DNA of 64,000 nt from an uncultured Collinsella sp. GTDB lineage: Bacteria; Actinomycetota; Coriobacteriia; Coriobacteriales; Coriobacteriaceae. Below are positions 29,740 through 40,953 of the stretch, in pieces; within the stretch, counting starts at the first letter, position 1; each line of letters starts with the position of its first letter. The stretch lies in the NCBI GenBank assembly GCA_902481895.1, contig CABSYR010000003.1:46692-110691 (forward strand). The letters run 5' to 3'. A program made the translations under genes and the position numbers. A model generated the notes under the pieces. That model saw nothing but the letters and a program-made list of their open reading frames with translations, did no database searches and was not told the DNA's origin.

Positions 29740-31836
29740 TTACTTTTTGCGGGCAAGCTCACCGATGTTGGCGATACCGGAGAAAACGGCCTCGAAGCGG
29801 TTGAGCAGCTTAAGGCGATTATCGCGAAGCTGCTCGTCCTTGTCCATGACCATGACCTCGTCGAAGAAGCGGTCGATGGGGGCGCGCAGGGCGGCAAGGG
29901 CGGCAAATGCGGCCGGGTAATCCTCGGCAGCAAGGGCGGCGTCGACAGCGGTCTGAGCAGCCTCGGAGGCATCGGCAAGCGCGAGCTCGACCTCGCCCAT
30001 CAGGCTGCGGTCGTACTCCGCACCCAGCTCGGGCTTGGAGATGTGCGCGGCGCGGGCATAGGCGGTAGCCAGGTTATCGAAGGTCTCGGCGTCGTTCTTG
30101 CGGGCCTCGTCGAGGGCGGCGCAGCGGGCGAAGAAGACGGACGGGGCGATGATGTGCACCGCAGAGACGGCGGCAACGGTATCGGCCGGGATCTTTTCCT
30201 CGCGGGCCATGCTCACCAGGCGGCCATGGAAGAAGTCGCGAACCTGCTGGGCGACCTCGGCGGCGTCGAACTCAATGCCCTGCTCGCTATAGAGCTCAAG
30301 GGCAAAATCGATGAGCGACGTGGGGTCGATCGGCAGACGGTCGCGCAGGATGTTGATGATGCCGATAGCGGCACGACGCAGCGCGTAGGGGTCGGAGGAG
30401 CCGGTCGGGGGCTCGCCAATGGCAAAGATACCGGCGATGGTATCGAGCTTGTCGGCGCAGGCCACGATGCAGCCAGCGGTGCCCTCGGGCAGCTCGTCAC
30501 CGGCAAAGCGGGGACGATAATGATCGCGAATGGCGTGGGCGACCTCGTCGTTCTCCCCCATCGCGGTGGCGTAGTAACCGCCCATCACGCCCTGCTGGCT
30601 CGTGAACTCGACGACGGCGTTGGATACCAAGTCGGCCTTGCACAGGTGCGCGGCGCGAGCGGCATCGGCGGCCAGGTGGGCACCCAGATGGGCCTCGCGA
30701 GCGATGGCAAGCGCGAGTTGCTCAATGCGCTCGGACTTGGCGAGCACGCTACCGAGCTTCTCCTGGAAGGCGACCTTGGCCAGACGCTCGCGGAACTCGT
30801 CGAGGGAGATCTTCAGGTCCTCCTCGTAGAAGAACTTGGCATCGTCCAGACGGGCACGCACAACGCGCTCGTTGCCGTCGATCACGCGCTCGGCGTTCTC
30901 GGGCTTGCTGTTGGAGACGACCACGAACTCACGCGTGAGCTTGCCCTCGCCGTCATAGATCGGGAAGTAGCGCTGGTTGGTGAGCATGGACTCGCAGATG
31001 ATCTCGTGCGGGACCTTGAGGAACTCCTCATCGAAGGTACCGACGAGCACCGTCGGCCACTCGCAGAGGTTAATGACCTCCTCGAAGACCTTCTTGGGCG
31101 TATCGACATGGCAGCCGGGACGGGCAGCCTCGACCTCGGCGATACCGGCGAGGATGGCCTCACGACGACACTCGGCAGAAAGCACGCCGGCGTCCTCGAG
31201 CACTTGCTCGTAGACGGCGGGGCTGGCGACCACATGGTCACCGGGGCCAAGTACGCGATGACCACGCGTGGTGTTGCCACTCGTCACGTCGGCAAACGAC
31301 ACGGGCACAACATCCTCGCCCAGAAGGCAGCAAATCCAACGGACCGGACGAACAAAGGTAGCATGCTCGTGACCCCAGCGCTGGGAGCGGTAGTTGGGCC
31401 ACTGCAGGCCGGCGATGGTCTTCTCGCACAGAGCGGTCAGAATCGGCGTAGCCGGTGCGGAGGGAATATTCTTCTCGGCGAACACATACTCGCGACCGTC
31501 AGTGTCCTCGCGACGGACCAGGTCCTCGGCAGCCACACCGCACTTGCGGGCGAAGCCCTGGGCGGCCTTGGTGGCGTTACCGTCAGCGTCGAAGGCAATG
31601 TTGGCCGCGGGGCCACGCTTGACCTCGTGAACCTCGTCGGTCGCGGTGGCGACATCGGCAACGAGTGCAGCCAGGCGGCGCGGGCTCGAGATCACGCGGA
31701 CCTCGCCGTGGGCCAGACCGGCCTCGTCGAGACCCTTGGCGATCATGGTGCCAAGCTGCTTGACGGCATTGTTCAGCGGTGCAGAGGGCATTTCCTCCGT
31801 ACCGATCTCAAACAGGAAATCCTTAGCGTCTGCCAT
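29740..31836 (-). CDS. glyS: glycine--tRNA ligase beta subunit
   Basis: FEIGTEEMP, PRRLA, FVRPVRW, GNERVVRARLDDA, PTGSSDPYALRR and DNRL motifs. Confidence 0.96.
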   Translation of the reverse strand: MADAKDFLFEIGTEEMPSAPLNNAVKQLGTMIAKGLDEAGLAHGEVRVISSPRRLAALVADVATATDEVHEVKRGPAANIAFDADGNATKAAQGFARKCGVAAEDLVRREDTDGREYVFAEKNIPSAPATPILTALCEKTIAGLQWPNYRSQRWGHEHATFVRPVRWICCLLGEDVVPVSFADVTSGNTTRGHRVLGPGDHVVASPAVYEQVLEDAGVLSAECRREAILAGIAEVEAARPGCHVDTPKKVFEEVINLCEWPTVLVGTFDEEFLKVPHEIICESMLTNQRYFPIYDGEGKLTREFVVVSNSKPENAERVIDGNERVVRARLDDAKFFYEEDLKISLDEFRERLAKVAFQEKLGSVLAKSERIEQLALAIAREAHLGAHLAADAARAAHLCKADLVSNAVVEFTSQQGVMGGYYATAMGENDEVAHAIRDHYRPRFAGDELPEGTAGCIVACADKLDTIAGIFAIGEPPTGSSDPYALRRAAIGIINILRDRLPIDPTSLIDFALELYSEQGIEFDAAEVAQQVRDFFHGRLVSMAREEKIPADTVAAVSAVHIIAPSVFFARCAALDEARKNDAETFDNLATAYARAAHISKPELGAEYDRSLMGEVELALADASEAAQTAVDAALAAEDYPAAFAALAALRAPIDRFFDEVMVMDKDEQLRDNRLKLLNRFEAVFSGIANIGELARKK

Positions 31837-31839
31837 GGC

Positions 31840-32751
31840 TTACGCCACCTCGCCTTCCTGGTCGGCATTCTCGTTGACTCCGGCGACCTCGGCCATGTAG
31901 GCCTCGCAGCACGCCTTGGCGACGGCGCGGACGCGCAGGATGTAGTTGGCACGCTCGACTGCGGACAGAGCGCCGCGGGCATCGAGCAGGTTAAAAGCGT
32001 GGCTGCACTTCATGACGCAGTCATATGCCGGCAGCGGCAGCTTGCGCTCTAGACAGGAATGGCACTCGGCCTCGTAGTCGTCAAACTTCTGACGCATCAT
32101 CTCGACGTTGGCGACCTCAAAGTTGTAGGCACTGAACTCGCGCTCGTTCTCGAGGAACACGTCGCCATAGGTCATGGGCGTGCCGTCGGGCAGGTAGCTC
32201 CACACCAGGTCGTAGACGGAGTTGACGCCCTGCGCATACATGGCGATGCGCTCCAGGCCATAGGTGATCTCGACAGGCACGGGGTCGACCTCGATGCCGC
32301 CCACCTGCTGGAAGTACGTAAACTGCGTGACCTCCATGCCGTTGAGCCAGACCTCCCAGCCAAGACCCCAGGCGCCGAGCGTCGGGCTCTCCCAGTCGTC
32401 CTCGACAAAGCGGACGTCATGGTCGTTGGGGTCCAGACCGATAGCGGCAAGAGACCCCAGGTAAAGCTCCTGGGCGTTGACCGGCGAGGGCTTGATGAGC
32501 ACCTGGAACTGATAGTAGTGCTGCATGCGGTTGGGGTTCTCGCCGTAGCGGCCGTCGGCGGGACGGCGGCAGGGCTGCGCATAGCAGGTGCGCCACTCGG
32601 CGGGACCGAGCGAGCGCAGCGTGGTCGCGGTATGGAAGGTACCGGCACCGACCTCGGAGTCATAGGGCTGCATAATGACGCAGCCCTGCTCGCCCCAGTA
32701 CTGCTGGAGGCGCAGGATAATGTCTTGGAAGGAAAGCGATGAAGCGTTCAT
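31840..32751 (-). CDS. glyQ: glycine--tRNA ligase alpha subunit
   Basis: [36 protein letters not shown] and EITYGLERI motifs. Confidence 0.98.
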   Translation of the reverse strand: MNASSLSFQDIILRLQQYWGEQGCVIMQPYDSEVGAGTFHTATTLRSLGPAEWRTCYAQPCRRPADGRYGENPNRMQHYYQFQVLIKPSPVNAQELYLGSLAAIGLDPNDHDVRFVEDDWESPTLGAWGLGWEVWLNGMEVTQFTYFQQVGGIEVDPVPVEITYGLERIAMYAQGVNSVYDLVWSYLPDGTPMTYGDVFLENEREFSAYNFEVANVEMMRQKFDDYEAECHSCLERKLPLPAYDCVMKCSHAFNLLDARGALSAVERANYILRVRAVAKACCEAYMAEVAGVNENADQEGEVA

Positions 32752-32810
32752 GCCTCTAATATCCCCTCGTCGAAACGATTACACGGTTAGGTACTGTACT
32801 ATAGCGGTTT

Positions 32811-33428
32811 TTAGTCGATAGCGCCCAGACGGTTGAGCGGCCAGTAACGCACGAGCGCCACGGCGATCAGGTCCGAACGGTCGACGGGACCAAAGTAGCG
32901 TGAGTCGGCAGAGTTTTCGCGGTTGTCGCCCATCACCCACACGCACCCGTCGGGAACGGTGTAGGGATAGCTTACCTGAGCGCCGGGCGCTTGGACCGAA
33001 AGTGGCCAGCTCATGCCCGTCGTATAGTCCTCGTCGAGCGCTTGGCCGTCAACGACCACCTTGCCATCCTGCAGGTCGACCGTCTGGCCGGCCGTGGCAA
33101 TAACACGCTTGACAAGAACATCATGCTCGGAGGTGCCATCGGGGTTGTGAAACACCACGATATCGCCCTGCTTGACGGGCTGACCGAGCTCGAGGCTCAC
33201 CTTTTGTGCCAGGATCTGGTCGCCAATCTCGATCGTGGACTCCATGGACCCGGTGGGCACCACAAAGGGCTCGACCACAAACGAGCGAATCAGGAAGGTG
33301 GCCGCGAGCGCAATTAGAATGACCAAAACCCATTCCAAGGCGCCCCGCAAAGTGAAAACGGACCTCTCGCCAAAATCATGTTCAAGATGAACTCGTTGGC
33401 GGCCTTTATTGTCCTCCATGTTATTCAC
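32811..33428 (-). CDS. lepB: signal peptidase I
   Basis: One TM segment, then VPTGSME (catalytic Ser), LVKRVI (Lys) and MGDNRENSADSRYFG. Confidence 0.93.
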   Translation of the reverse strand: MNNMEDNKGRQRVHLEHDFGERSVFTLRGALEWVLVILIALAATFLIRSFVVEPFVVPTGSMESTIEIGDQILAQKVSLELGQPVKQGDIVVFHNPDGTSEHDVLVKRVIATAGQTVDLQDGKVVVDGQALDEDYTTGMSWPLSVQAPGAQVSYPYTVPDGCVWVMGDNRENSADSRYFGPVDRSDLIAVALVRYWPLNRLGAID

Positions 33429-34167
33429 CCCTTCCAGAAAGCAAATCCTGCGCGTAAGCGCGCTCCTCGGGCGTGAGCCGCGCCGTCTCGATCAAGTCGG
33501 GACGCCAGCGGCAGGTGCGCTCGATGGCGTTCTTGCGACGCCAGGCATCGACCTTGGCGTGATCGCCGCTCACAAGCACCGGAGGCACGCCCTCGCCGTT
33601 GAACTCGGCAGGACGGGTGTACTGCGCGTACTCGAGCAGGCCTCCATCCTCGGCGGTCGAGAACGACTCGTCCACGTTGCTCATCTCGTCGCCCAGGGCG
33701 CCGGGAATCAGGCGTACGACGGCATCGGCAACGACCATAGCGGGAAGCTCGCCGCCCGTGAGCACGTAGTCGCCGATCGACAGACGCTCATCGGCATACG
33801 CATACGCGCGCTCGTCGACGCCCTCGTAGCGACTGCACACGAACAGCAGGCGCTCACTTTTGAGCAGGCGCTCGGCCACATGCTGCGTAAAAGGCTCGCC
33901 ACAGGGGGTAAAGAACACCACAGTGGGCTTGGGACTCTCTGTGCTAATGGCCTCGATGGCCTCTGCGATAGGCTCGACCTTCATGAGCATGCCCTGCCCG
34001 CCGCCGTACGGCTCGTCATCGACGGTACGATGGCGGTCGTGCGTCCAGTCGCGCAGGTTATACGCCTTAAAATCAAAAAGGCCGGCCTTGCGGGCGCGGC
34101 CCAAAATCGACGTGGACATGACGGGCTCAAACATCTCGGGAAAGACCGAAAGGGTCTCGATCAGCAT
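33421..34167 (-). CDS. trmD: tRNA (guanine37-N1)-methyltransferase
   Basis: DDEPYGGGQGM, RYEGVDER, SIGDYVLTGGE and YTRP motifs. Confidence 0.97.
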   Translation of the reverse strand: MLIETLSVFPEMFEPVMSTSILGRARKAGLFDFKAYNLRDWTHDRHRTVDDEPYGGGQGMLMKVEPIAEAIEAISTESPKPTVVFFTPCGEPFTQHVAERLLKSERLLFVCSRYEGVDERAYAYADERLSIGDYVLTGGELPAMVVADAVVRLIPGALGDEMSNVDESFSTAEDGGLLEYAQYTRPAEFNGEGVPPVLVSGDHAKVDAWRRKNAIERTCRWRPDLIETARLTPEERAYAQDLLSGRGE

Positions 34168-34177
34168 GTTGTCCTCC

Positions 34178-34699
34178 CTAATTGTCCATATCGATCAGGC
34201 CGTCCATAGCGTGGACGGAAATTGTTCCTGTGTCGGGAAGATCGAGCACGACCTGCTCGATCACGGGAATCAGTACCTCGCCGTACCGATCACCCTCGAC
34301 AACCCAAACATCGTTAGCGGGCGTCGACATGATCTCGACGATCGTACCGAGCGAACCGAAGCGCTCGTCGACCACCTCGCGACCCATCAGGTCGGTATAG
34401 GCAGCGTCGAGCGAATCGAGCTCAAAGTCGTCACGATTTGCTAGCACGTAGCATCCCGTGATGCCCTCGGCGGCCGTCAAGTCGTCAATGCCCTCAAACG
34501 AGACCAGATCGCCATCGCCCGTATCGGTGACGGACACGACCGTGCAAAAGCGGTCGCGCTTGAGCGCCGGCGGCGTCAGGGCGACGCGCATACCAGGCTC
34601 TAATACAGAAGGAAGCCCCCGCAGCGGCTGCGCGAGGACCTCCCCCTTCCTTCCGTGCGGCTTGACCACACGGGCGATGTTTTTGTACTGGGACCTCAA
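34178..34699 (-). CDS. rimM: ribosome maturation factor RimM
   Basis: PHGRKGEV N-terminal motif and PRC barrel (ANDVWVV...LIP). Located between khpA and trmD. Confidence 0.9.
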   Translation of the reverse strand: MRSQYKNIARVVKPHGRKGEVLAQPLRGLPSVLEPGMRVALTPPALKRDRFCTVVSVTDTGDGDLVSFEGIDDLTAAEGITGCYVLANRDDFELDSLDAAYTDLMGREVVDERFGSLGTIVEIMSTPANDVWVVEGDRYGEVLIPVIEQVVLDLPDTGTISVHAMDGLIDMDN

Positions 34700-34703
34700 G
34701 GTC

Positions 34704-34988
34704 CTAGCCCAGAACCTCTACCTCGACAGCAGTGTCGAGGCGAGCGGCCAGTGCACGGGCGAGCGTGCGAATGGCCTTGATGGTACGGCCACGACGGCCG
34801 ATGACCTTAGCGACGTCATCCTCGGCGACCGAAACCTCAATCGTAGAGGCGTCGTCACCATCGATGACCTCAAGGCTCACGGAATCCGGGTCGTCGACGA
34901 TCTGAACAACGAGATATTCGACGAGATCGGCGATGCGATCTGAGAGCATTGCCTCACCCTCGAGCTGTGCAGCGTCAACCTCAGGCAC
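34704..34988 (-). CDS. khpA: KH domain RNA-binding protein
   Basis: KVIGRRGRTIKAIR GxxG loop. Located between rpsP and rimM. Confidence 0.9.
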   Translation of the reverse strand: MPEVDAAQLEGEAMLSDRIADLVEYLVVQIVDDPDSVSLEVIDGDDASTIEVSVAEDDVAKVIGRRGRTIKAIRTLARALAARLDTAVEVEVLG

Positions 34989-34991
34989 GAT

Positions 34992-35333
34992 TTACTCCTC
35001 GGCGCCCTCAGCGGCCTCAGCGGCAGCCTTAGCGGCCTCGGCCTCTTTGGCGAGCTGCTTCTTGGACTTCTTGACGACGGTCTCGGTCTTCTCGCCCTCG
35101 TTGGCGGCCTTGACCAGAGCGGCGACGGCGTCGGTGAGCTGAGCGCCCTTGGACTGCCAGTCGGCGATCTTCTCGAGGTCGAGGTTGATGGTCTTGGGGG
35201 CGGTCATCGGGTTGTAGCGGCCAACCTCCTCGATGATACGACCGTCACGCGGGGCGCGGGAATCGGCGACGACGACACGGTAGTACGGACGCTTCTTAGC
35301 GCCGTGACGAGCAAGGCGAATCTTGACTGCCAA
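34992..35333 (-). CDS. rpsP: 30S ribosomal protein S16
   Basis: [33 protein letters not shown] start at 35333 after GGAGGAG. Confidence 0.97.
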   Translation of the reverse strand: MAVKIRLARHGAKKRPYYRVVVADSRAPRDGRIIEEVGRYNPMTAPKTINLDLEKIADWQSKGAQLTDAVAALVKAANEGEKTETVVKKSKKQLAKEAEAAKAAAEAAEGAEE

Positions 35334-35573
35334 AGGAAACTCCTCCAACCAAGCAGCTTTAGGCTGCAACTACAAACAAACAGTTGAACATAATACGCCA
35401 TCGACGCGGGCAGGTGAAGTCCGTGAGACCAACTTCTTCGGTGTAGTCGAGGGCAAATCCATATCTTAGACAAGAATTCGGGATTTGCAAGCACATACAC
35501 GCACCCCACATGAGCTGCGCGGTATACTCATGACATGGAAAGACGCGAACATACATACGGTTATGAGGATGCC

Positions 35574-36788
35574 ATGGGCGTCACGCCGCCTCCCTGGACG
35601 GGTCCGGCGGTGGGCCTGATGGACCTTGATGCGTTTTTTGCGAGCGTGGAAATGCTCGATCATCCCGAATGGCGCGGAAAGCCGCTCATCGTGGGCGGAG
35701 ACGCCGATTCGCGTGGCGTCGTGTCCACGTGTTCGTATGAGGCGCGTCGCTTTGGCGTGCACTCTGCCATGCCCTCGGCCGAGGCGCGGCGCTTGTGCCC
35801 GCAAGCCATTTGGACACACGGGCACTTTGACCGCTACCGCGAGGTGAGCGCGCAGGTCATGGCGATTCTCGCCGACGAGACCCCGCGTGTTGAGCGCGTA
35901 TCCATCGACGAAGCCTTTATCGATATCACACCGGGTCGCTTTGCGCCCGAAGACCCGCTGCTGGTTGCGCGGCGTATAAGCGACCGCGTGGCAGGGCTGG
36001 GAGTGACCTGCTCCATTGGCGTGGGCTGCAACAAGACGGTCGCAAAGATCGCAAGCGAGCGGGATAAGCCGTTTGGGCTGACCATCGTGCGCCCCGGAAC
36101 CGAGCAGCGCTTTTTGGCCGCGCTGCCGGTATCTGCCATGAGCGGCATCGGGCGCTCGGCCGAGGAGCGACTGCGCCGCATGCGCATCTACACCCTCGGC
36201 GAGCTATCACGTGCACCGGAATCCACCTTGGCCTCTATTTTTGGCGTCAACGGCGAACGCATGCGCCAGCGTGCGCTGGGACTCGAAATCTCCGAAGTCA
36301 CGAGCCTCGATGAAGAGCGCGAGGTCAAGTCGGTCAGCAATGAACGCACCTTTGCTAAAGATTTAACTGAGCGTGGGGATATTGAGGCGGCGATTGCGCT
36401 GTTGGGAGAGTCAGTGGGACGCCGCCTGCGCCGTCAGGGGCTGACGGGTGCCACGGTAACGCTCAAGCTTAAGTATTCGTATGGCAGCGGGCGTACGGCA
36501 CAGCGCCGGCTGCCTCATCCGACCGACGATGAGAACATCTTCGTGGCGGTTGCACTCGAACTGCTCGACAACATCTGGCAGGATGGTATGCATGTTCGCT
36601 TAGCGGGCATCGGCATGAGCGACTTCGACCACCAAGGCGGCATCCAGACTGACCTGTTCTGCGAGATCGATGACCGCGGAGCCCAATCCAGCGACCGCCG
36701 CGACCTCTCCGTCGCCATCGACGCCGTCCGAGACAAATTCGGCGACACCGCCCTTTCCTTCGGCCGCCAATCCCGCTTCAACGATTAA
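35574..36788 (+). CDS. dinB: DNA polymerase IV (Y family)
   Basis: DLDAFFASVE, SYEARRFGVHSAMP, SIDEAFID and AKIAS motifs. Start placed at ATG 35574 after GAGG, alternative ATG 35535. Confidence 0.94.
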   Translation: MGVTPPPWTGPAVGLMDLDAFFASVEMLDHPEWRGKPLIVGGDADSRGVVSTCSYEARRFGVHSAMPSAEARRLCPQAIWTHGHFDRYREVSAQVMAILADETPRVERVSIDEAFIDITPGRFAPEDPLLVARRISDRVAGLGVTCSIGVGCNKTVAKIASERDKPFGLTIVRPGTEQRFLAALPVSAMSGIGRSAEERLRRMRIYTLGELSRAPESTLASIFGVNGERMRQRALGLEISEVTSLDEEREVKSVSNERTFAKDLTERGDIEAAIALLGESVGRRLRRQGLTGATVTLKLKYSYGSGRTAQRRLPHPTDDENIFVAVALELLDNIWQDGMHVRLAGIGMSDFDHQGGIQTDLFCEIDDRGAQSSDRRDLSVAIDAVRDKFGDTALSFGRQSRFND

Positions 36789-36800
36789 CCGCCTTTGGGC

Positions 36801-36843
36801 AAAAAGAAAGCCGGGCAGGTGCGGAAAACCGCACCTGCCCGGC
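36801..36843. terminator. terminator between convergent dinB and rsfS
   Basis: Perfect 15-bp stem GCCGGGCAGGTGCGG-AAAA-CCGCACCTGCCCGGC. U-tract on the minus strand. Confidence 0.8.
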
Positions 36844-36854
36844 GATATGCGTGA

Positions 36855-36885
36855 GGGTAGCTAAACCCCGTCTCAAATGAGCTAC
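36855..36885. repeat. degenerate single copy of the GGGTAG...CTACCC palindromic repeat
   Basis: GGGTAGCTAAACCCCGTCTCAAATGAGCTAC aligns to the unit at 62565-62601 with a 4-nt gap and 3 substitutions. Confidence 0.65.
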
Positions 36886-37340
36886 TAGAGGAGGTTGAGG
36901 GGGAGCTGGGGGGCGTCTCCCCAGAGTTTCTCGAGGCGGTAGAAGTCGCGGGCTTCGGGAGTGAAGACGTGGACGACAACCGAACCATAGTCCATGAGCA
37001 TCCAGGTCTTCTGCTCGCGGCCCTCGATGGAGAACGGATGCTCGCCGCAAGCCGCGGCGACCTTCTCCTCGATCTCGTCGACGATAGAATCGACCTGGCG
37101 GTTGTTGGTACCGGTGGCAAGCACAAAGTAGTCGCACACATCGGAAAGCTCGGTCAGGTCGAGCACCTGAACGTCCTCACCCTTCTTGTCGTAGGCGGCC
37201 TGCGCGGCGGCGCGGGCGACATCCTCGGCGGCGACACCGCTCGCGGACAGCGAGGCGGCGGTGCGGTCGGACGTGGCGACGAAGCTCTTGTGCTCCACAC
37301 CTTCAAGAATCTGCTCGTCGGTCATGGTCTCGTCGGCCAT
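36885..37340 (-). CDS. rsfS: ribosome silencing factor
   Basis: DKKGEDVQVLD, DYFVLATG, WMLMDYGSVVVHVF and RDFYRLEKLW motifs. Confidence 0.95.
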   Translation of the reverse strand: MADETMTDEQILEGVEHKSFVATSDRTAASLSASGVAAEDVARAAAQAAYDKKGEDVQVLDLTELSDVCDYFVLATGTNNRQVDSIVDEIEEKVAAACGEHPFSIEGREQKTWMLMDYGSVVVHVFTPEARDFYRLEKLWGDAPQLPLNLL

Positions 37341-37367
37341 GGAATACCTCTTTCTAGACAGCCCGAG

Positions 37368-37976
37368 CTAGCGCAGCTGGGCGTAATGGTTGTAAATCGA
37401 AATAGCCGTGGGATAAAGATAGCGCCCGGACTGAATCACATAGACCAAACCCTGCGCAAAACAGGAGAAGAACAACTCGTCGAGCGTCGACTCCCCCACC
37501 ATCTTGCGCAGCGCATGGGTATAGTCGCCGTGACGGTTGGGCTCGATGGCATCGGCCACAAAGACCACCATATCGAGCGGCGTCATGTCGCAGGCACCCA
37601 CGGTGTGACGGTCGACAGCCTGGAAAACGGCCGGCGACAGCTCGGGAAAAAGCTGCGGAAGCTCATAGGCGGCAACAGGGCCATGCAAAAGCGGCGTCGC
37701 GGCAGAAGGAGAGCCGGCAATCTTAATGCCGTAATGCAGAGCGCGCGTGACCAGCTCGTCATCGGAAAGCACCTTGTCCCAGTCGTGGATCAAGCCGGCG
37801 GCAGCGGCATCAAAGCGGTCGACGCCGTAGACCTCGGCCAGATGAAGTGCGGTCTCGGCAACGCCCAGCGAATGCACATAGCGCTTGCGCTTATCCTTCA
37901 TGCGAACATCGAGCAGCTCTTGAATGCGCTTGAGCAGCGCACGCTCATCGCCCTCAAACTGATCCTCTACCGACAA
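37368..37976 (-). CDS. yqeK: HD-domain Ap4A hydrolase, YqeK family
   Basis: RYVHSLGV, IHDWDK, LHGPVAA, HTVG and FVADAIEP motifs. Located between nadD and rsfS. Confidence 0.88.
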   Translation of the reverse strand: MSVEDQFEGDERALLKRIQELLDVRMKDKRKRYVHSLGVAETALHLAEVYGVDRFDAAAAGLIHDWDKVLSDDELVTRALHYGIKIAGSPSAATPLLHGPVAAYELPQLFPELSPAVFQAVDRHTVGACDMTPLDMVVFVADAIEPNRHGDYTHALRKMVGESTLDELFFSCFAQGLVYVIQSGRYLYPTAISIYNHYAQLR

Positions 37977-37988
37977 CGTAGACCCCCA

Positions 37989-38666
37989 TCACTCAAAATC
38001 TTCTTGGCCCAAATCGGCATATAGCCTGCGTTTGCGAATGTAGCCGAGCACGGACTCGCTCGTAAGATAGCGCACGCTCATACCGCGGGCAACTCGCTTA
38101 CGAATGTTCGTCGAGCTGATCGCCAGCGCCGGAATCTGAATATAGCGCACGTCGAACGGCAGCCCCGACTCTTTGATTCGGGCACGCGCCGTATCGATAT
38201 CAAAGCCCGGTCGCGTCGCCGCAATAAAGGTAGCAAGCTCAGCGATTCGTTCGGCATCATGCCAGGTCACAATATCGATAATCGCGTCGGCGCCCGTAAT
38301 AAAGTAGAGCTTTACCTGCGGCGGGTAAAAGTCGCGAAGGGCATGAAGCGTATCGGCCGTATAGGTTACACCCGGACGGTCAATCTCGAACCGGCTCGCC
38401 AAAAAGGCCGGGTTCGCAGCGGTGGCGAGGACCGTCATGGCATAACGGTCCTCGGCAGGCGTCACCGGCTTGTCAAGCTTAAAGGCAGGCGTGCCCGCCG
38501 GCATAAAGAGCACGGCATCCAAGTCGAGGGACTCACGCGCCTGCTCAGCGGTCACCAGGTGCCCGTAATGGATGGGATCAAAGGTGCCACCCATAATGCC
38601 GAGCCTAAACTCCTGCCCGTCCTCTAGAGGAAGCTCGGGCAGACCGATTCCACCGCGCAGCGACAT
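37989..38666 (-). CDS. nadD: nicotinate-nucleotide adenylyltransferase
   Basis: GGTFDPIHYGH, FITGAD and ISSTNIR motifs. Confidence 0.96.
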   Translation of the reverse strand: MSLRGGIGLPELPLEDGQEFRLGIMGGTFDPIHYGHLVTAEQARESLDLDAVLFMPAGTPAFKLDKPVTPAEDRYAMTVLATAANPAFLASRFEIDRPGVTYTADTLHALRDFYPPQVKLYFITGADAIIDIVTWHDAERIAELATFIAATRPGFDIDTARARIKESGLPFDVRYIQIPALAISSTNIRKRVARGMSVRYLTSESVLGYIRKRRLYADLGQEDFE

Positions 38667-38669
38667 GGC

Positions 38670-40148
<1,479 letters not shown>

Positions 40149-40220
40149 CTACAAAAAGAGGGAGACCCTTGAATCCTAAAACTCAAGTGCCTCCCACATA
40201 TGTGCTCTATGAAGGGTGAA

Positions 40221-40478
40221 TTACGCGTTCGCGAGCGGGCGTACGCTGACCCTGTGCTTGATACCCTTGTGGAACTCAACGGTACCGTCGACCAGCGCGA
40301 ACAGCGTGTCGTCCTTACCACGGCCAACGTTCTCACCCGGGTGGATGTGCGTGCCGTGCTGACGGACGAGAATCGTGCCCGTGGTTACCGTCTGGCCGGC
40401 ATAGCGCTTCGTGCCAAGGCGCTGACCGCGGGAGTCACGGCCATTACGGGAGGAACCGAGTCCTTTTTTGTGTGCCAT
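40221..40478 (-). CDS. rpmA: 50S ribosomal protein L27
   Basis: [16 protein letters not shown]...GKDDTLFAL. Confidence 0.98.
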   Translation of the reverse strand: MAHKKGLGSSRNGRDSRGQRLGTKRYAGQTVTTGTILVRQHGTHIHPGENVGRGKDDTLFALVDGTVEFHKGIKHRVSVRPLANA

Positions 40479-40511
40479 TGTGTATACCTACTCTTTCGTT
40501 ACGAGTGTAAT

Positions 40512-40886
40512 CTACTCGGCGACGGGAGCCTCGGCAACAGCCTCAGCCTCTGCCTTGACAGCCTTCTTGGCGCGGGAGGTAGCCTGGACCTTCACGATCT
40601 TCAGCTTGGTGAGCTGCTGACGGTGACCCTTCAGACGACGATAGCGCTTGCGCTTGTGGAACTTGAAGACCAGCTGCTTCTCGCCCTTGAACTGCTCAAC
40701 GATCTGAGCGGTAACCTTGGCCTTGGCCAGCTTGTCGGGATCGGTGACGATCTTCTTACCATCGTTGAGGAAGATAACCGGCAGAGTGACCTTGTCGCCC
40801 TCATTGCCCTCAATCTTCTCGACGGTGATGACATCGTCGGTGGCGACCTTGTACTGCTTGCCGCCCGTGTTAACGATTGCGTACAT
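40512..40886 (-). CDS. rplU: 50S ribosomal protein L21
   Basis: MYAIVNTGGKQYKV...GHRQQLT. Start ATG 40886. Confidence 0.97.
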   Translation of the reverse strand: MYAIVNTGGKQYKVATDDVITVEKIEGNEGDKVTLPVIFLNDGKKIVTDPDKLAKAKVTAQIVEQFKGEKQLVFKFHKRKRYRRLKGHRQQLTKLKIVKVQATSRAKKAVKAEAEAVAEAPVAE

Positions 40887-40953
40887 GTTTACTTGCCCTT
40901 CATGCATCAGTTAGTGCAACAGCCGAATATAGTAGCAGGCGAAAATACCCCCG

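Noticed and set aside
32752..32810. T-box riboswitch upstream of glyQS
   Set aside because: The intergenic space is only 59 nt and has no T-box consensus.
40479..40511. Missing prp (ysxB) between rplU and rpmA
   Set aside because: L27 begins MAHKK with no cleavable extension, so the absence is the expected state.
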